Shown one piece after another: positions 34,306 to 43,728 of a stretch of DNA of 64,000 nt (within the stretch, counting starts at the first letter, position 1; every line of letters starts with the position of its first letter). A program made the position numbers and the translations under genes. Below the pieces are notes generated by a model that did not search any database, was not told the DNA's origin, and was given only the letters and a program-made list of their open reading frames with translations. The stretch lies in IMG/VR virus record IMGVR_UViG_3300005253_000050, positions 29,601 to 93,600 of that record; one strand, given 5' to 3'. This stretch comes from a virus.

Positions 34306-35126
34306 CTTCGTTCAGTAACTTTTTTCTCAGCGCCGCACAGAAAGCCAAAGACCCGGATGAGAAAGACAAGATCTTCAGGCTGCGACGGATTGCCATTGAT
34401 GAAGTCCACCTGGTCAACGCTGGCGCCAACAAACAAACTTTTTTGATCCGCAAGGACGAGGGAGCTACCATGAAAACCGCAGACATGATTCCCGGTGCCA
34501 CGGGCATCAAAAACTCCGCCGGCGTGGTCGTCACCAAGGCCGACGCCATGGCAGGTGCCGACGAGGACCTGCAGAAGCTGATCGAGAAGATGGCGAAGGA
34601 GGGCAGCGGTTCTCCCGAGGGACTGGTCGACAGCCTCAAAAACATTTCCAAGGTGCTCGCGAGCGTGGCCCAGAAGGCCGAGGAGCCCCCGATGGAAGAG
34701 GACCCCCCCGCCGAGGAGCCGCCGCCCGCCGAGGAAGATGACACCGAGAAGGGTGCCGCCGCCCCGGCTCCCGCCGCGAAGGCCGAAGGCGAAGGCGTCG
34801 AGGCGGCTGTCGCGAAGGCCGCGCCCGCCGACCCGTTCAAGACGATCGACGACCAGCTCGAGCGAATCCAGAAGGCCGAGCGCGAGATCAACAGGGGCAC
34901 CATCGCCACCAAGGCGGTGGAGGTGCTTCAGAAGATCGCCGGGGGCCTGGGCATCGAAGAGAAGAGGGTGATCCAGGAGAAGCTGGTGAACATCGCCAAG
35001 TCGCTGGGTGATGCGCCCGCGCCGGCGAAAATCCCCGACGGGAATTCCAAGCCCGGTGAACACCCCGTCAAGCCCCCCCAAGATGGCGGCTGGGACTTGT
35101 ACCAGGACATCAACGAGAAAAAGTAA
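34302..35126 (+). CDS. Capsid scaffolding-like protein (TTG start; nested ATG start at 34470)
   Basis: Lies between protease and capsid genes; acidic Ala/Pro-rich coiled coil; N-terminal IDEVHLVNAGAN strand; GAGGGAG RBS before 34470. Confidence 0.75.
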   Translation: MTSFSNFFLSAAQKAKDPDEKDKIFRLRRIAIDEVHLVNAGANKQTFLIRKDEGATMKTADMIPGATGIKNSAGVVVTKADAMAGADEDLQKLIEKMAKEGSGSPEGLVDSLKNISKVLASVAQKAEEPPMEEDPPAEEPPPAEEDDTEKGAAAPAPAAKAEGEGVEAAVAKAAPADPFKTIDDQLERIQKAEREINRGTIATKAVEVLQKIAGGLGIEEKRVIQEKLVNIAKSLGDAPAPAKIPDGNSKPGEHPVKPPQDGGWDLYQDINEKK

Positions 35127-35161
35127 CGCCCCCGCGGCAGAACAAACAAGGAGCGAGAGAC

Positions 35162-36106
35162 ATGACCCCTAACCAGGACCAACTCGTGAGGCTCAAGAAG
35201 GCAGCTTGGGGCTACACTGATCTGTCGTCCGGCGGCGGCCTGATGAATCAGGCTTACGCCAAGGAATTCGTGGAGCTCACCGTCAAGGAATCGGTGGCGA
35301 TGAAGGACATGAACGTCTTTCCGACGCCCGCTGCCACCTACAAGGTGCCGAACCTCGCCTTCAGCGGCACGGTGCTTTTCCCCGGTGTGATCGGCCAGGC
35401 CCTCCCGGATGCCTACCAAAGCCAGCCCGACTCCGACAAGGTCGAGTACGTGGCGAAGCTGTACAAGGCCAAGATCGGTATCCCCGACGAAATCCTCGAG
35501 GACAACGTCGAGGAGGCCAAGCTCAAGTCCCGCGTCCAGGGCCTTCTGGCCAAGAAGATCCGCTCGGACTGGGAGTGGATCATCTTCGAGGGCGACACCG
35601 CCAGCGCCGTCCCGACCCTGGCCGTCCAGGACGGGCTGTTCAAACTCGCCACGTCCAACACCAAGGACGCCGGCGGCGCGCAGCTGTCTCTCACCCAGCT
35701 CAAGGCGGCCTGGAAGCTCATGCCGAGCGAGTTCCGGGGGCAGAAGAAGGACATGAGGGTTTGGTGTGGCGCCAATCCTGTCGAGGACTACGGCGACTCC
35801 ATGATGGATCGCCAGACCCAGGTGGGCGACAACGCGATCAAGGGCGACTGGGACGGCCCCTGGTTCAAAAAAATGCCCATCGTCGACGTCCCGAAGATCG
35901 CCGAGGACCTCACCCCGGGTACGTACAGCCACGCGCTGTGCTGCCACCCGAAGAACGCCACGGTCGGCATCTGGAAGAACATCGAGATGGAGCCGGAGCG
36001 CGACGCCGACGCCGGCGTCTGGAACCTCATCGTTCGTCTCCGGTTCGGCATCGCCTGGGCCGAAGAGAACGGCGTGGTCGAGATCACCAACCTGCTCGCC
36101 ACGTAG
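35162..36106 (+). CDS. Major capsid protein (HK97 fold, XkdG-like)
   Basis: Position, 314 aa, strong codon bias; GGLMNQAYAKEF, ILEDNVE, FEGDT, DGLFK, HPKN. Confidence 0.88.
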   Translation: MTPNQDQLVRLKKAAWGYTDLSSGGGLMNQAYAKEFVELTVKESVAMKDMNVFPTPAATYKVPNLAFSGTVLFPGVIGQALPDAYQSQPDSDKVEYVAKLYKAKIGIPDEILEDNVEEAKLKSRVQGLLAKKIRSDWEWIIFEGDTASAVPTLAVQDGLFKLATSNTKDAGGAQLSLTQLKAAWKLMPSEFRGQKKDMRVWCGANPVEDYGDSMMDRQTQVGDNAIKGDWDGPWFKKMPIVDVPKIAEDLTPGTYSHALCCHPKNATVGIWKNIEMEPERDADAGVWNLIVRLRFGIAWAEENGVVEITNLLAT

Positions 36107-36114
36107 CGGGCTGC

Positions 36115-36146
36115 TGTTCCCTGGGCGGTTGATCCGCCCGGGGACA
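36115..36146 (+). terminator. GC-rich hairpin after the capsid gene (attenuator or mRNA stabiliser)
   Basis: TCCCTGGGCGG-TTGAT-CCGCCCGGGGA; no U tract on the + strand. Confidence 0.45.
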
Positions 36147-36160
36147 AAAAGGAGGCCATC

Positions 36161-36484
36161 ATGGCCGTTTCGAATGTCGTCGTGACCAAGACTGTCGCGG
36201 GCGAGAGCAACCAGCCTCACCGCCAGGTGTTGATCAGCCTCGACCTCGATGCCAGCTACCCGGCCGGCGGGTATCTGGTGCCGCTGGTGGGCATCGACAA
36301 CGCCGAGGGATTCGAGATCGCCCTGGCGTCCGCCGCTCCGATCACCGACTATCGCTTCTGGTGGAATCCGTCCACCAAGAGGCTGGTGGTGTATGTGCTC
36401 ACCACTGGAACGGCCGCTGTTGTCGGCACCGGCGTCAGCCTGGCTGCGGTCACCGGCCTGCTGCTCAACTGCATCTTGAAATAG
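36161..36484 (+). CDS. Small virion protein, candidate head decoration protein
   Basis: AAGGAGG RBS, directly after the capsid gene; SYPAGG motif. Confidence 0.65.
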   Translation: MAVSNVVVTKTVAGESNQPHRQVLISLDLDASYPAGGYLVPLVGIDNAEGFEIALASAAPITDYRFWWNPSTKRLVVYVLTTGTAAVVGTGVSLAAVTGLLLNCILK

Positions 36485-36493
36485 GAGGCCACC

Positions 36494-37627
36494 ATGTCCG
36501 TCACCATCTATGAAGAGTTCGGAAGCGGCGGCGCGAACCTGGTTCCGGGAGGCGCGGGCGGAGCCCCGACCCTAGCCGAAGCCCTCCGGCAGACCGCCGA
36601 CGACCTGGCCGCACTGAAGGCTCGCGGCGACACGGCAATGCAGACCCAACTGGATCTCGTCACCGTCCAGCAGACGGCGATCCGCACCGCGGTAGACGCG
36701 GCGGTCGGAAAGGTCAACGCTCACCTCGCTATGTCCGGGTCTCACGTCGCCGCGGACGTGGACAATCCGATCGCGTCCCCTGCCGCCACCGACCCGACGG
36801 CGGACATCCTGCTGCTGGTGAACGACGCCTACGACATGATGCTAGCGCACATGGCGATGGACGCTGGCGGCGCGGGTGTCCATCCCGGCGGCGCAGACAC
36901 CACCAACCTGATCACGGCGACCTATCCCGCGACCACCGAGGCGGAGGCCGTGGCCCTGCATAACGACATCCACGCCCAGTACACGCAGCACATCGCCAAC
37001 AACGGCGCCGCGTACCACACCAACGCGGATGTCACGAATACCTACACCGAGGGCGCGGCGTCGGACTGGGATGATCTGGTTGCGACCGCGAACGGGTTCA
37101 AGGACACGACCGGCTTCAACCAGCACGTGATTTTGACCGCTGGCCCGACCCATGGCGCCACGGACGTCGCCCACGTGATCACCGCACCCGATTGCGGCGT
37201 GCAGATCACGGCCCTTTGGCTGGAGATCAACGAGTTCCAGACGGACTACAATGCCCACGTCGCCCACCTGGGCGTGCACCCGAACGCAGGCACCGCGGAC
37301 GCCACTGCCGTCGCGACCACCGAGGCAACTGCTGTGGCCTTGCTCACCGCGCTGATCCCCGTGCTGAATGCGCACATGACCAACGCCAACGACCACCTCG
37401 ACGCTGACGCGACCACCGCACAGGTGGCAGGGGCGGCGACGGAGTACGAGGACATCATCGTGGTGACGACCGAGTTCAGGGCGTCACATGTCGCCCACTT
37501 GGCCCAGGGTCCGGCGCTGCACCATCGGGTGGATGGGACGAACACTGCCTCGGCGATTGGCGCCGGCGGCGACGTGACGGTGCTCGGCACCGGCGGAGCG
37601 GCAGCGATCGGCCTGCTCAAGGGCTAG
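36494..37627 (+). CDS. Ala/Thr/His-rich repeat protein, probable virion component
   Basis: Seven ~40-45-aa repeats carrying two His and usually an Asp. Confidence 0.8.
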   Translation: MSVTIYEEFGSGGANLVPGGAGGAPTLAEALRQTADDLAALKARGDTAMQTQLDLVTVQQTAIRTAVDAAVGKVNAHLAMSGSHVAADVDNPIASPAATDPTADILLLVNDAYDMMLAHMAMDAGGAGVHPGGADTTNLITATYPATTEAEAVALHNDIHAQYTQHIANNGAAYHTNADVTNTYTEGAASDWDDLVATANGFKDTTGFNQHVILTAGPTHGATDVAHVITAPDCGVQITALWLEINEFQTDYNAHVAHLGVHPNAGTADATAVATTEATAVALLTALIPVLNAHMTNANDHLDADATTAQVAGAATEYEDIIVVTTEFRASHVAHLAQGPALHHRVDGTNTASAIGAGGDVTVLGTGGAAAIGLLKG

Positions 37628-37680
37628 CACCCAGGCGCTGTAGCGCCCCTTAATATTGGCCATCGCCAAAGGAGTCCACA

Positions 37681-38244
37681 ATGACCGCGCAAATCAACCA
37701 TGTCCGCCTGAAACCGCGCAAACCGGCCGCTGGGCAGGTGAAGCGTCAATACGGCGCCCCTTGGGGGTTCAACTACAAAGCGGGTGTCTGGTATGTCGAG
37801 CCGGACGATCTCGCCGATGAGCGCGTGGCGTATTTGCGTACCATCCACATGAATTCGTGCGATCCATTCTCGCCGCGCGCGTTCAATCTCTGCACCCGCG
37901 AAGAGGCGGAGCAGATCAAGCTCTACGAGGAGTCCGGTGAGCTCGAGCAGGTGCTGAAGGCCTCACGGCCCGCCGCCCCTCCGGCCCCGACGGCCGAGGG
38001 CGCCGCGGCTCCCTCTGAGGATCTCAACCTCCCGGCGCCGAAGTCCGAGCTCGCGGCCGCCGCGCAAGCGGCAGCCACGGCATCTGCGGAGGCGCTCGAG
38101 AAGAAATCGGCACCACCGCCCGCGGAGCAGCTGACGCAAGATGCCACTGCTGACCCGCCCAGCGCTCCCAAGAAGACGGGGGCCAAGTCCAACAAGTCGA
38201 AGGCCGGCCGCCCCCGGGCCCGTCGGCGAAATCCTGGACGTTAG
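37681..38244 (+). CDS. Hypothetical protein with low-complexity Ala/Pro/Lys tail
   Basis: AAGGAG RBS. Confidence 0.75.
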   Translation: MTAQINHVRLKPRKPAAGQVKRQYGAPWGFNYKAGVWYVEPDDLADERVAYLRTIHMNSCDPFSPRAFNLCTREEAEQIKLYEESGELEQVLKASRPAAPPAPTAEGAAAPSEDLNLPAPKSELAAAAQAAATASAEALEKKSAPPPAEQLTQDATADPPSAPKKTGAKSNKSKAGRPRARRRNPGR

Positions 38245-38256
38245 GCCAGGCCCCTC

Positions 38257-38526
38257 GTGTCCACGACACGAACCAGAGACTGGCACATGGCCGCGTACTA
38301 CCAAGACGTGGCCGACGCCCGCGAGATAAAACTCGAGATGCAGGTGGTGGTGTCCGGGGGCCGCGGACAGGACTGCGAGTTCGTCTTCACGGACCCCGCC
38401 GACTTGATCCCCGAACTAGAACAGTCCTGGAGTGGCTCCAAGCAGGCACGCTACGCGGGCAGGCTGAGGGCCGTGAGGCAGCAGATGGCACAGGCCCAGC
38501 GCCGCCATCAACGACGATCTGGCTGA
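38257..38526 (+). CDS. Small hypothetical protein (possibly DUF5659-like)
   Basis: TRDWHMAAY...EFVF pattern. Confidence 0.55.
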   Translation: MSTTRTRDWHMAAYYQDVADAREIKLEMQVVVSGGRGQDCEFVFTDPADLIPELEQSWSGSKQARYAGRLRAVRQQMAQAQRRHQRRSG

Positions 38527-38559
38527 GCGCGAAGAGCGCCAGCCGAGTAGGAGTAAATC

Positions 38560-38868
38560 ATGGCTGTAGGCGATCTTCCGGTGCCTGTGAAATCAACCGT
38601 CAACGCCACCGCGGCTTCTGGCGAGAAGGTGCCGTTCAACGGCAAGCGGGTGCGGATCTACATGGAGAACCTGTCCACGTTGTACGACGTGTGGATTTAT
38701 TGGGGCACTGCTGCGGTGATCGGCGAGGGACGTCGGCTGCAGGCCGATGGCGGCGCGATTGAAATCGAGATCGATACCTCCAAGGGTGATGACTGGGCCA
38801 AGGACTCGATCCACATGATCGCAACCGGTGCCAGCGCCGACGTGGCGGTCGAGGAGCTTTCGTCATGA
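38560..38868 (+). CDS. Small beta-rich structural protein
   Basis: AGGAG RBS. Confidence 0.7.
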   Translation: MAVGDLPVPVKSTVNATAASGEKVPFNGKRVRIYMENLSTLYDVWIYWGTAAVIGEGRRLQADGGAIEIEIDTSKGDDWAKDSIHMIATGASADVAVEELSS

Positions 38869-39839
38869 GAATCTGGCAAAGACTTGGCAGGGGAATAAAG
38901 TCCGCTGCAACTGCCTCATACGTGATCATCACCAACGGCGTCGACGTCGCCCGGCTGTCCGCGGCCAATCTGGGCCACAGCGTCACCGACATCGTGCTCT
39001 CTACCCAGCACCTCGGCGCGGACGGAAACCCGATGCCGAGTGGCTTCGATGCGGCAGCGGCTCTTGCCACCATTCAGCTCGGCCAGCTTATGTCAGTGAA
39101 CGGTCAAGGGATTGCGAGGAGCGGGATCCACTTCACGGCGGTCCGGTTTTCTGCAACCGAAATCGACCTGGCTGGTGGTTTTCCTTCGATCACGAATAAG
39201 GGACAGTTCATCGGCGTGGCGCAGATCAGTTCCGCCGGAGTGATCACCATCTTCTATCCGCAGGTGCATGCCTTCGACTGGAACGCTGCCAACGCCCGGC
39301 TGACCATCACCGGCGCGACGTTCGATCCGACGGACACCTTCGTGGTTGTGATTACCGGCGCTGATCGCTACGCCAACGACCCGGGAAACTATGGCATGTT
39401 CGCCGAGGTGGGCCACTTCCCGACTCGGGGCGACAGTGCTGGCGCAGACCTTCTGCCAGGTGGGGCGCAGGCCTTCACTGCCGGCTGGGTTGATGTTGGC
39501 CCCGAGATCGGCCTGCTGTTCATTGGCTGGTTGGAAACGTTCTGGACCCTGAATATCAATGACAGCACAGGTCTTCAGGTGCGGCTAGTGGAGAAGCATG
39601 AGAGCGGCGGGGCAGAGGAGTATCCGGCATCAGTCGAAACTTATGGTGTGGCCGCAGTTGCAGTGCAGGCTGGCTACCACGCCATCACGGCGGACATCGA
39701 CCAGTTGCTTCCACTTAGCTACAAGATCTCCGGCAAATACCCCGTTGGCCAACTGCAAATCAAGGCCGGGGTATTGGGCGCGGGCGTCGATGCTTCGGCC
39801 GACGCCCTACGTGTCATCCGTAGCACATTCGAGGGGTAG
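38865..39839 (+). CDS. Beta-rich structural protein
   Basis: ATGA overlap; amino-acid composition. Confidence 0.75.
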   Translation: MRIWQRLGRGIKSAATASYVIITNGVDVARLSAANLGHSVTDIVLSTQHLGADGNPMPSGFDAAAALATIQLGQLMSVNGQGIARSGIHFTAVRFSATEIDLAGGFPSITNKGQFIGVAQISSAGVITIFYPQVHAFDWNAANARLTITGATFDPTDTFVVVITGADRYANDPGNYGMFAEVGHFPTRGDSAGADLLPGGAQAFTAGWVDVGPEIGLLFIGWLETFWTLNINDSTGLQVRLVEKHESGGAEEYPASVETYGVAAVAVQAGYHAITADIDQLLPLSYKISGKYPVGQLQIKAGVLGAGVDASADALRVIRSTFEG

Positions 39840-39841
39840 AT

Positions 39842-40300
39842 ATGGGATTCCAAGGACACGGAAGCGCCGCTTTGGATGCCCTTCAGGCATTCGGTTTTTG
39901 CCATGTTTCAACACCGGCAGCGACAAATATTGCCACCGGTGGGACCTATGTCAAAACAGCGGGCACCACCTCCCCGGGCACTGAAAGAGACTTCACCCAC
40001 ACAGATAACCGGCTGACGTACACCGGCACAGAAACGCGTTTATTCGCGGTGATCGTGGCGGTGTCGATGACGTCGAGCAACAATGTCACAACCCACTGGC
40101 GCGTCGCCGTCAACGGAACTCCGTTGGCCTCGTCTGAGCAGAAGCGATTGGTGGCAACTGGCGGCGATGTTGGCAACGCGAGCATTTCTACGGAAGTCGA
40201 ACTGTCTACTGGCGATTACGTTGAGGTCTGGTGTACCACTGAAGTGGGTGAGGACACTAAGACGATCCAAGCCGAAAACATGACGCTGACCGTGGAGTAG
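39842..40300 (+). CDS. C1q/TNF-like jelly-roll protein
   Basis: RLTYTG...VELSTGDYVEVW pattern typical of C1q/BclA-like tips. Confidence 0.6.
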   Translation: MGFQGHGSAALDALQAFGFCHVSTPAATNIATGGTYVKTAGTTSPGTERDFTHTDNRLTYTGTETRLFAVIVAVSMTSSNNVTTHWRVAVNGTPLASSEQKRLVATGGDVGNASISTEVELSTGDYVEVWCTTEVGEDTKTIQAENMTLTVE

Positions 40301-40309
40301 GAGAAAACA

Positions 40310-40780
40310 ATGATTCCACTTCCTGAGAAAATCGAAATCACCGCGAACGTGGCCCCCGACAACCTGAACGACGGGGCGCGGGCAAAGTATGACAGCGGCG
40401 AACAGACGGGCGTATTCGAGCCCAAGGACCTGAGCACCGCAGCCCGGGTGAAGTACGACGCCTACTACGCGGAGCGCATCCGCCGCAGAGACCCGTCACA
40501 GCCAGGCGTGGCCCAGGAAGCCCTGGACTGTCTGGCCGAGCTGAAGGCCGACAATCGGTCCACGGAGGAACTTCACAGGCTGGGCTACTCGTACCGCAGC
40601 ACCCTGAAGCCTGCCCAGAACGAAGAGAAGCGCATCCAGCGGGACCTTGGACGGATGCTGTCGAAAGACGTGCAGGAGAACCCGGCCGTCGCGCTGAAGG
40701 TGGCGGACGTGAAGGGGAAGATTGCCGACTTCGTGGAGTTCGTCCCCAAGGCCGTGGAGCCCGCGCCCATGGCGGAGTAG
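40310..40780 (+). CDS. Hypothetical protein
   Basis: AGGAG RBS. Confidence 0.7.
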   Translation: MIPLPEKIEITANVAPDNLNDGARAKYDSGEQTGVFEPKDLSTAARVKYDAYYAERIRRRDPSQPGVAQEALDCLAELKADNRSTEELHRLGYSYRSTLKPAQNEEKRIQRDLGRMLSKDVQENPAVALKVADVKGKIADFVEFVPKAVEPAPMAE

Positions 40781-40783
40781 CCA

Positions 40784-41809
40784 ATGGTCGCCAACGTCTA
40801 CCCTAGCCGCGCAGCCGAGCGCACAATATTTTTGGAGCGGTTCAGGAATCCTGCCGACGTGGCCAGGAACGGGGGCACCCTTGTTGGAAACCCGACGTTC
40901 CTTTCCGGTGGTGGAGTGCGGTTGGACGGGGCCGCAGATGCGGCGACCTTCGCTATTGGCGCTACGGAATTGGCTGTCCCTGAAATCTCGTTCGACTGCC
41001 GATTCACCCCAGGCTTCGCGGTAGACGATTCGGCCAACCACTATCTATACGACTCTTCGGCGAGCAACAGATACGCGGTCGTAAAAGATATACTTAATCA
41101 ACTCAATATTACGCTCGGCGACTTGTCGGTGCAGGCCATCCTTCTGGGTGATTACCAAGCCTACTGGCTCACTAACGAAGAGAACCGCCTGATCGTTTCT
41201 TCCAACGGCACGTTGACCAATGTGTGGTTGAACGGTACTCAAATTCTCACCAACGACTCCACCGCGTGGACGGTCAAGTACCCGACGGTTTTGACAGTAG
41301 GATCGCGCTACAGCGGTATCCAGTTCTTTGAAGGTGCGATGCACAGCCTCGCTATCCGCGCCCGTCTACTCACCCAGGCAGACGTAGACGCCATAGAGAG
41401 CGGGCGCCTGTGGACCTACCCCAACGAGTCGACTCTGTACGCCGACATGTCCACCGCCATCATCGACGGAGTAGCCGATCGCACCCTGGACCGGAGCCGC
41501 AACGGGCTGACGGTGCTTCTGGGGAATGGCACGGGCACCGGGACTCCGGCCTGGCAGAACCCGGGCTTTCTGTTCGACGCGGTGAACGACCTGCTCACGC
41601 TACCAGCCGATCCCACCGGGACCTTCACTGTGGCTTGGAAGCGGCGGAATGAGGCGACGGTGTTTGAGAGCGACCTCACCACATGGAATCTGATTAAGGT
41701 CGGTGGTGGCTTCACGGGGTTGCTGGACTATCTGGCCTGGTGGCCTTTCACGCTTAGCCCGTTGCAGCAGGTCGACCTCAACTACCAATGGGCCGGGGGC
41801 AGAGCATGA
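40784..41809 (+). CDS. LamG/concanavalin A-like domain protein
   Basis: VWLNG...LTVGSR...FFEGAMHSLAIRARLLT. Confidence 0.75.
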   Translation: MVANVYPSRAAERTIFLERFRNPADVARNGGTLVGNPTFLSGGGVRLDGAADAATFAIGATELAVPEISFDCRFTPGFAVDDSANHYLYDSSASNRYAVVKDILNQLNITLGDLSVQAILLGDYQAYWLTNEENRLIVSSNGTLTNVWLNGTQILTNDSTAWTVKYPTVLTVGSRYSGIQFFEGAMHSLAIRARLLTQADVDAIESGRLWTYPNESTLYADMSTAIIDGVADRTLDRSRNGLTVLLGNGTGTGTPAWQNPGFLFDAVNDLLTLPADPTGTFTVAWKRRNEATVFESDLTTWNLIKVGGGFTGLLDYLAWWPFTLSPLQQVDLNYQWAGGRA

Positions 41810-43728
41810 GTAGATTTCTACCCCCTGTGACGGACGGGCTGGTCTTGGCCGTGCTCCCCTACGCCAACTCCCTGTTGGACCACTCCGGGGCTGGTCGGCA
41901 TCCCTCTCTGTCCGCAGTTGCAGGCATGGAGTGGATACGGTCCAACGGTGTGATGCAGCTTCGGGCGACTGGGACTGGCTTACTTACGGTGGCTAACGAC
42001 GCGACCATAGAAGCCATCACGGACAACTCGTTTTTCGTTGGTGTTAGCGGCAGCGACCCTGTGTCGCAGGCCAGGTGGTTCAGCAAGCGGGATGCTGGCG
42101 GTACCCAACTGGACGTGTACGCAGACACAGCCACAACGGTCGGCATATACGACGGCATTGTCGCGCGGGCCGCGACAATGGGGTCATGGGCAGGGGTGCA
42201 TAGTTTTGCTCTGAATTTCCCATCTGGCGGGGCTGGGGACTTGTTCAGAAACGGAGTTCCGCACGCGGCATTCAGTGGGGTTTCTACGTTCTCTGGACAC
42301 ACTGCCGATATCTCGATCGGCAACCAGTACACCGGAACGAAGCCACTTAGCAAACCGCAATTCGCCTTGCTTTGGTACTCCCGGATTCTAGCAGCTTGGG
42401 AGCATTCCCTGAACCACGCCTGGAGTGAGTCCCTGCGCTCTCCTAGCCTGCCCCACAACCGGCGCTTCTTCGACATGGGCTCACTGGTGGAGCACGGCAA
42501 CGCGAACGGCGAAGTGGCATCCTACGATTTCAGCGACGTGACCGGACGCAGTGCGCCCGACCGCAGTGGGGGCGGCTACACCGCTACCCTGGTCGGCCCG
42601 GTCATGCCGGTCAACACGGAGGTGGGACGGGCGCTTTCGTTCGATGGTGACACTTCTCGGGCGACGCTGGCTAGTGATGTGGTGGGCAATGCTGCGGTTT
42701 CATTCAGCGCGTTAGTCCGGGCCAACAGTTCTGGCGGTGCTGGTGGTGGAAGACTTATTGACAACACGAAGTTTCTGATTTACTTCCGCTCGGCCAATCG
42801 CATTAGTTTGTCGTCGAACGGAGGGGTAACCAAGATCGAAAGCCCCGCCAGCAGCATTCTGTACAAAAATTGGCATCACCTCGTAGTCACCAGGGACGCA
42901 GCAGGTGCTGGGGAAATTTACATTGATGGTGCGGTAGTCATCACGGGAGCTACAGGCACGCCTGTTGCGGCAGCGGCTGTTGTGCTTGGAAATCGGGCAG
43001 CGGGTACTCGCGGCTGGGATGGTGACATAAAAAACGTGATCCTTCACAATCGCATTTTGGATGGTGCAGAGGTAAAGGTCGACTACGCCAAGATTGCCCG
43101 CAAGGTGATGTACCAGCTCAAGCTAGATCAGGTCCCCCCGACATTTACCGATGTGCTACCTGGCCAGGTAATCCCCGGGACGGACTACACGGTGAGAACT
43201 GGGGCATTTGCGGTGCGGGAAGACCCCGCAACAAGCGAGAACTATATAGTGTGCGTGACGGCTGGGGTTTACACGCGACCGAATCCTTTTGCTTCCGGAA
43301 CGTCAGAATTCGACGTGGAAAAAGGCGGCGGCACGAACAGCCTGAATCTTCTGTTTAGCGTGGTGGCCCCGACAGACTGGACAGATCCTGCCCAGAACGG
43401 CTACATGTATCAGTTTAGTTCGACGGAACGGGCCGTGCTCCGCAGAATAACGGCGGGTGGATCGACGCCGATTGCTATGTCAGATGCCGCCTACGTTGTT
43501 AACAATCAGAGATACAAAATCCGGATTTCGGTCAGCTCTGTTGGCGTATTTACGGCATACATCATGGGCGGCACTTTCGCAAACTGGACCCTGGTCAGCG
43601 CGGCGGGTGGCGGATCGAATCCGGTGACAGACACCACGCACACGACTAGTGTTTACACCGTGTTCGATTTTGACGCGGGTGATCGGCAATATGGAGAAAT
43701 CCGTTACTTGGGCGTAGTGAAGCCATGA
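41806..43728 (+). CDS. Protein with two LamG-like domains
   Basis: WHHLVVTRD...IYIDG...LGNR...WDGDIKNVILHNRIL, plus an N-terminal repeat of the fold. Confidence 0.8.
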   Translation: MSRFLPPVTDGLVLAVLPYANSLLDHSGAGRHPSLSAVAGMEWIRSNGVMQLRATGTGLLTVANDATIEAITDNSFFVGVSGSDPVSQARWFSKRDAGGTQLDVYADTATTVGIYDGIVARAATMGSWAGVHSFALNFPSGGAGDLFRNGVPHAAFSGVSTFSGHTADISIGNQYTGTKPLSKPQFALLWYSRILAAWEHSLNHAWSESLRSPSLPHNRRFFDMGSLVEHGNANGEVASYDFSDVTGRSAPDRSGGGYTATLVGPVMPVNTEVGRALSFDGDTSRATLASDVVGNAAVSFSALVRANSSGGAGGGRLIDNTKFLIYFRSANRISLSSNGGVTKIESPASSILYKNWHHLVVTRDAAGAGEIYIDGAVVITGATGTPVAAAAVVLGNRAAGTRGWDGDIKNVILHNRILDGAEVKVDYAKIARKVMYQLKLDQVPPTFTDVLPGQVIPGTDYTVRTGAFAVREDPATSENYIVCVTAGVYTRPNPFASGTSEFDVEKGGGTNSLNLLFSVVAPTDWTDPAQNGYMYQFSSTERAVLRRITAGGSTPIAMSDAAYVVNNQRYKIRISVSSVGVFTAYIMGGTFANWTLVSAAGGGSNPVTDTTHTTSVYTVFDFDAGDRQYGEIRYLGVVKP

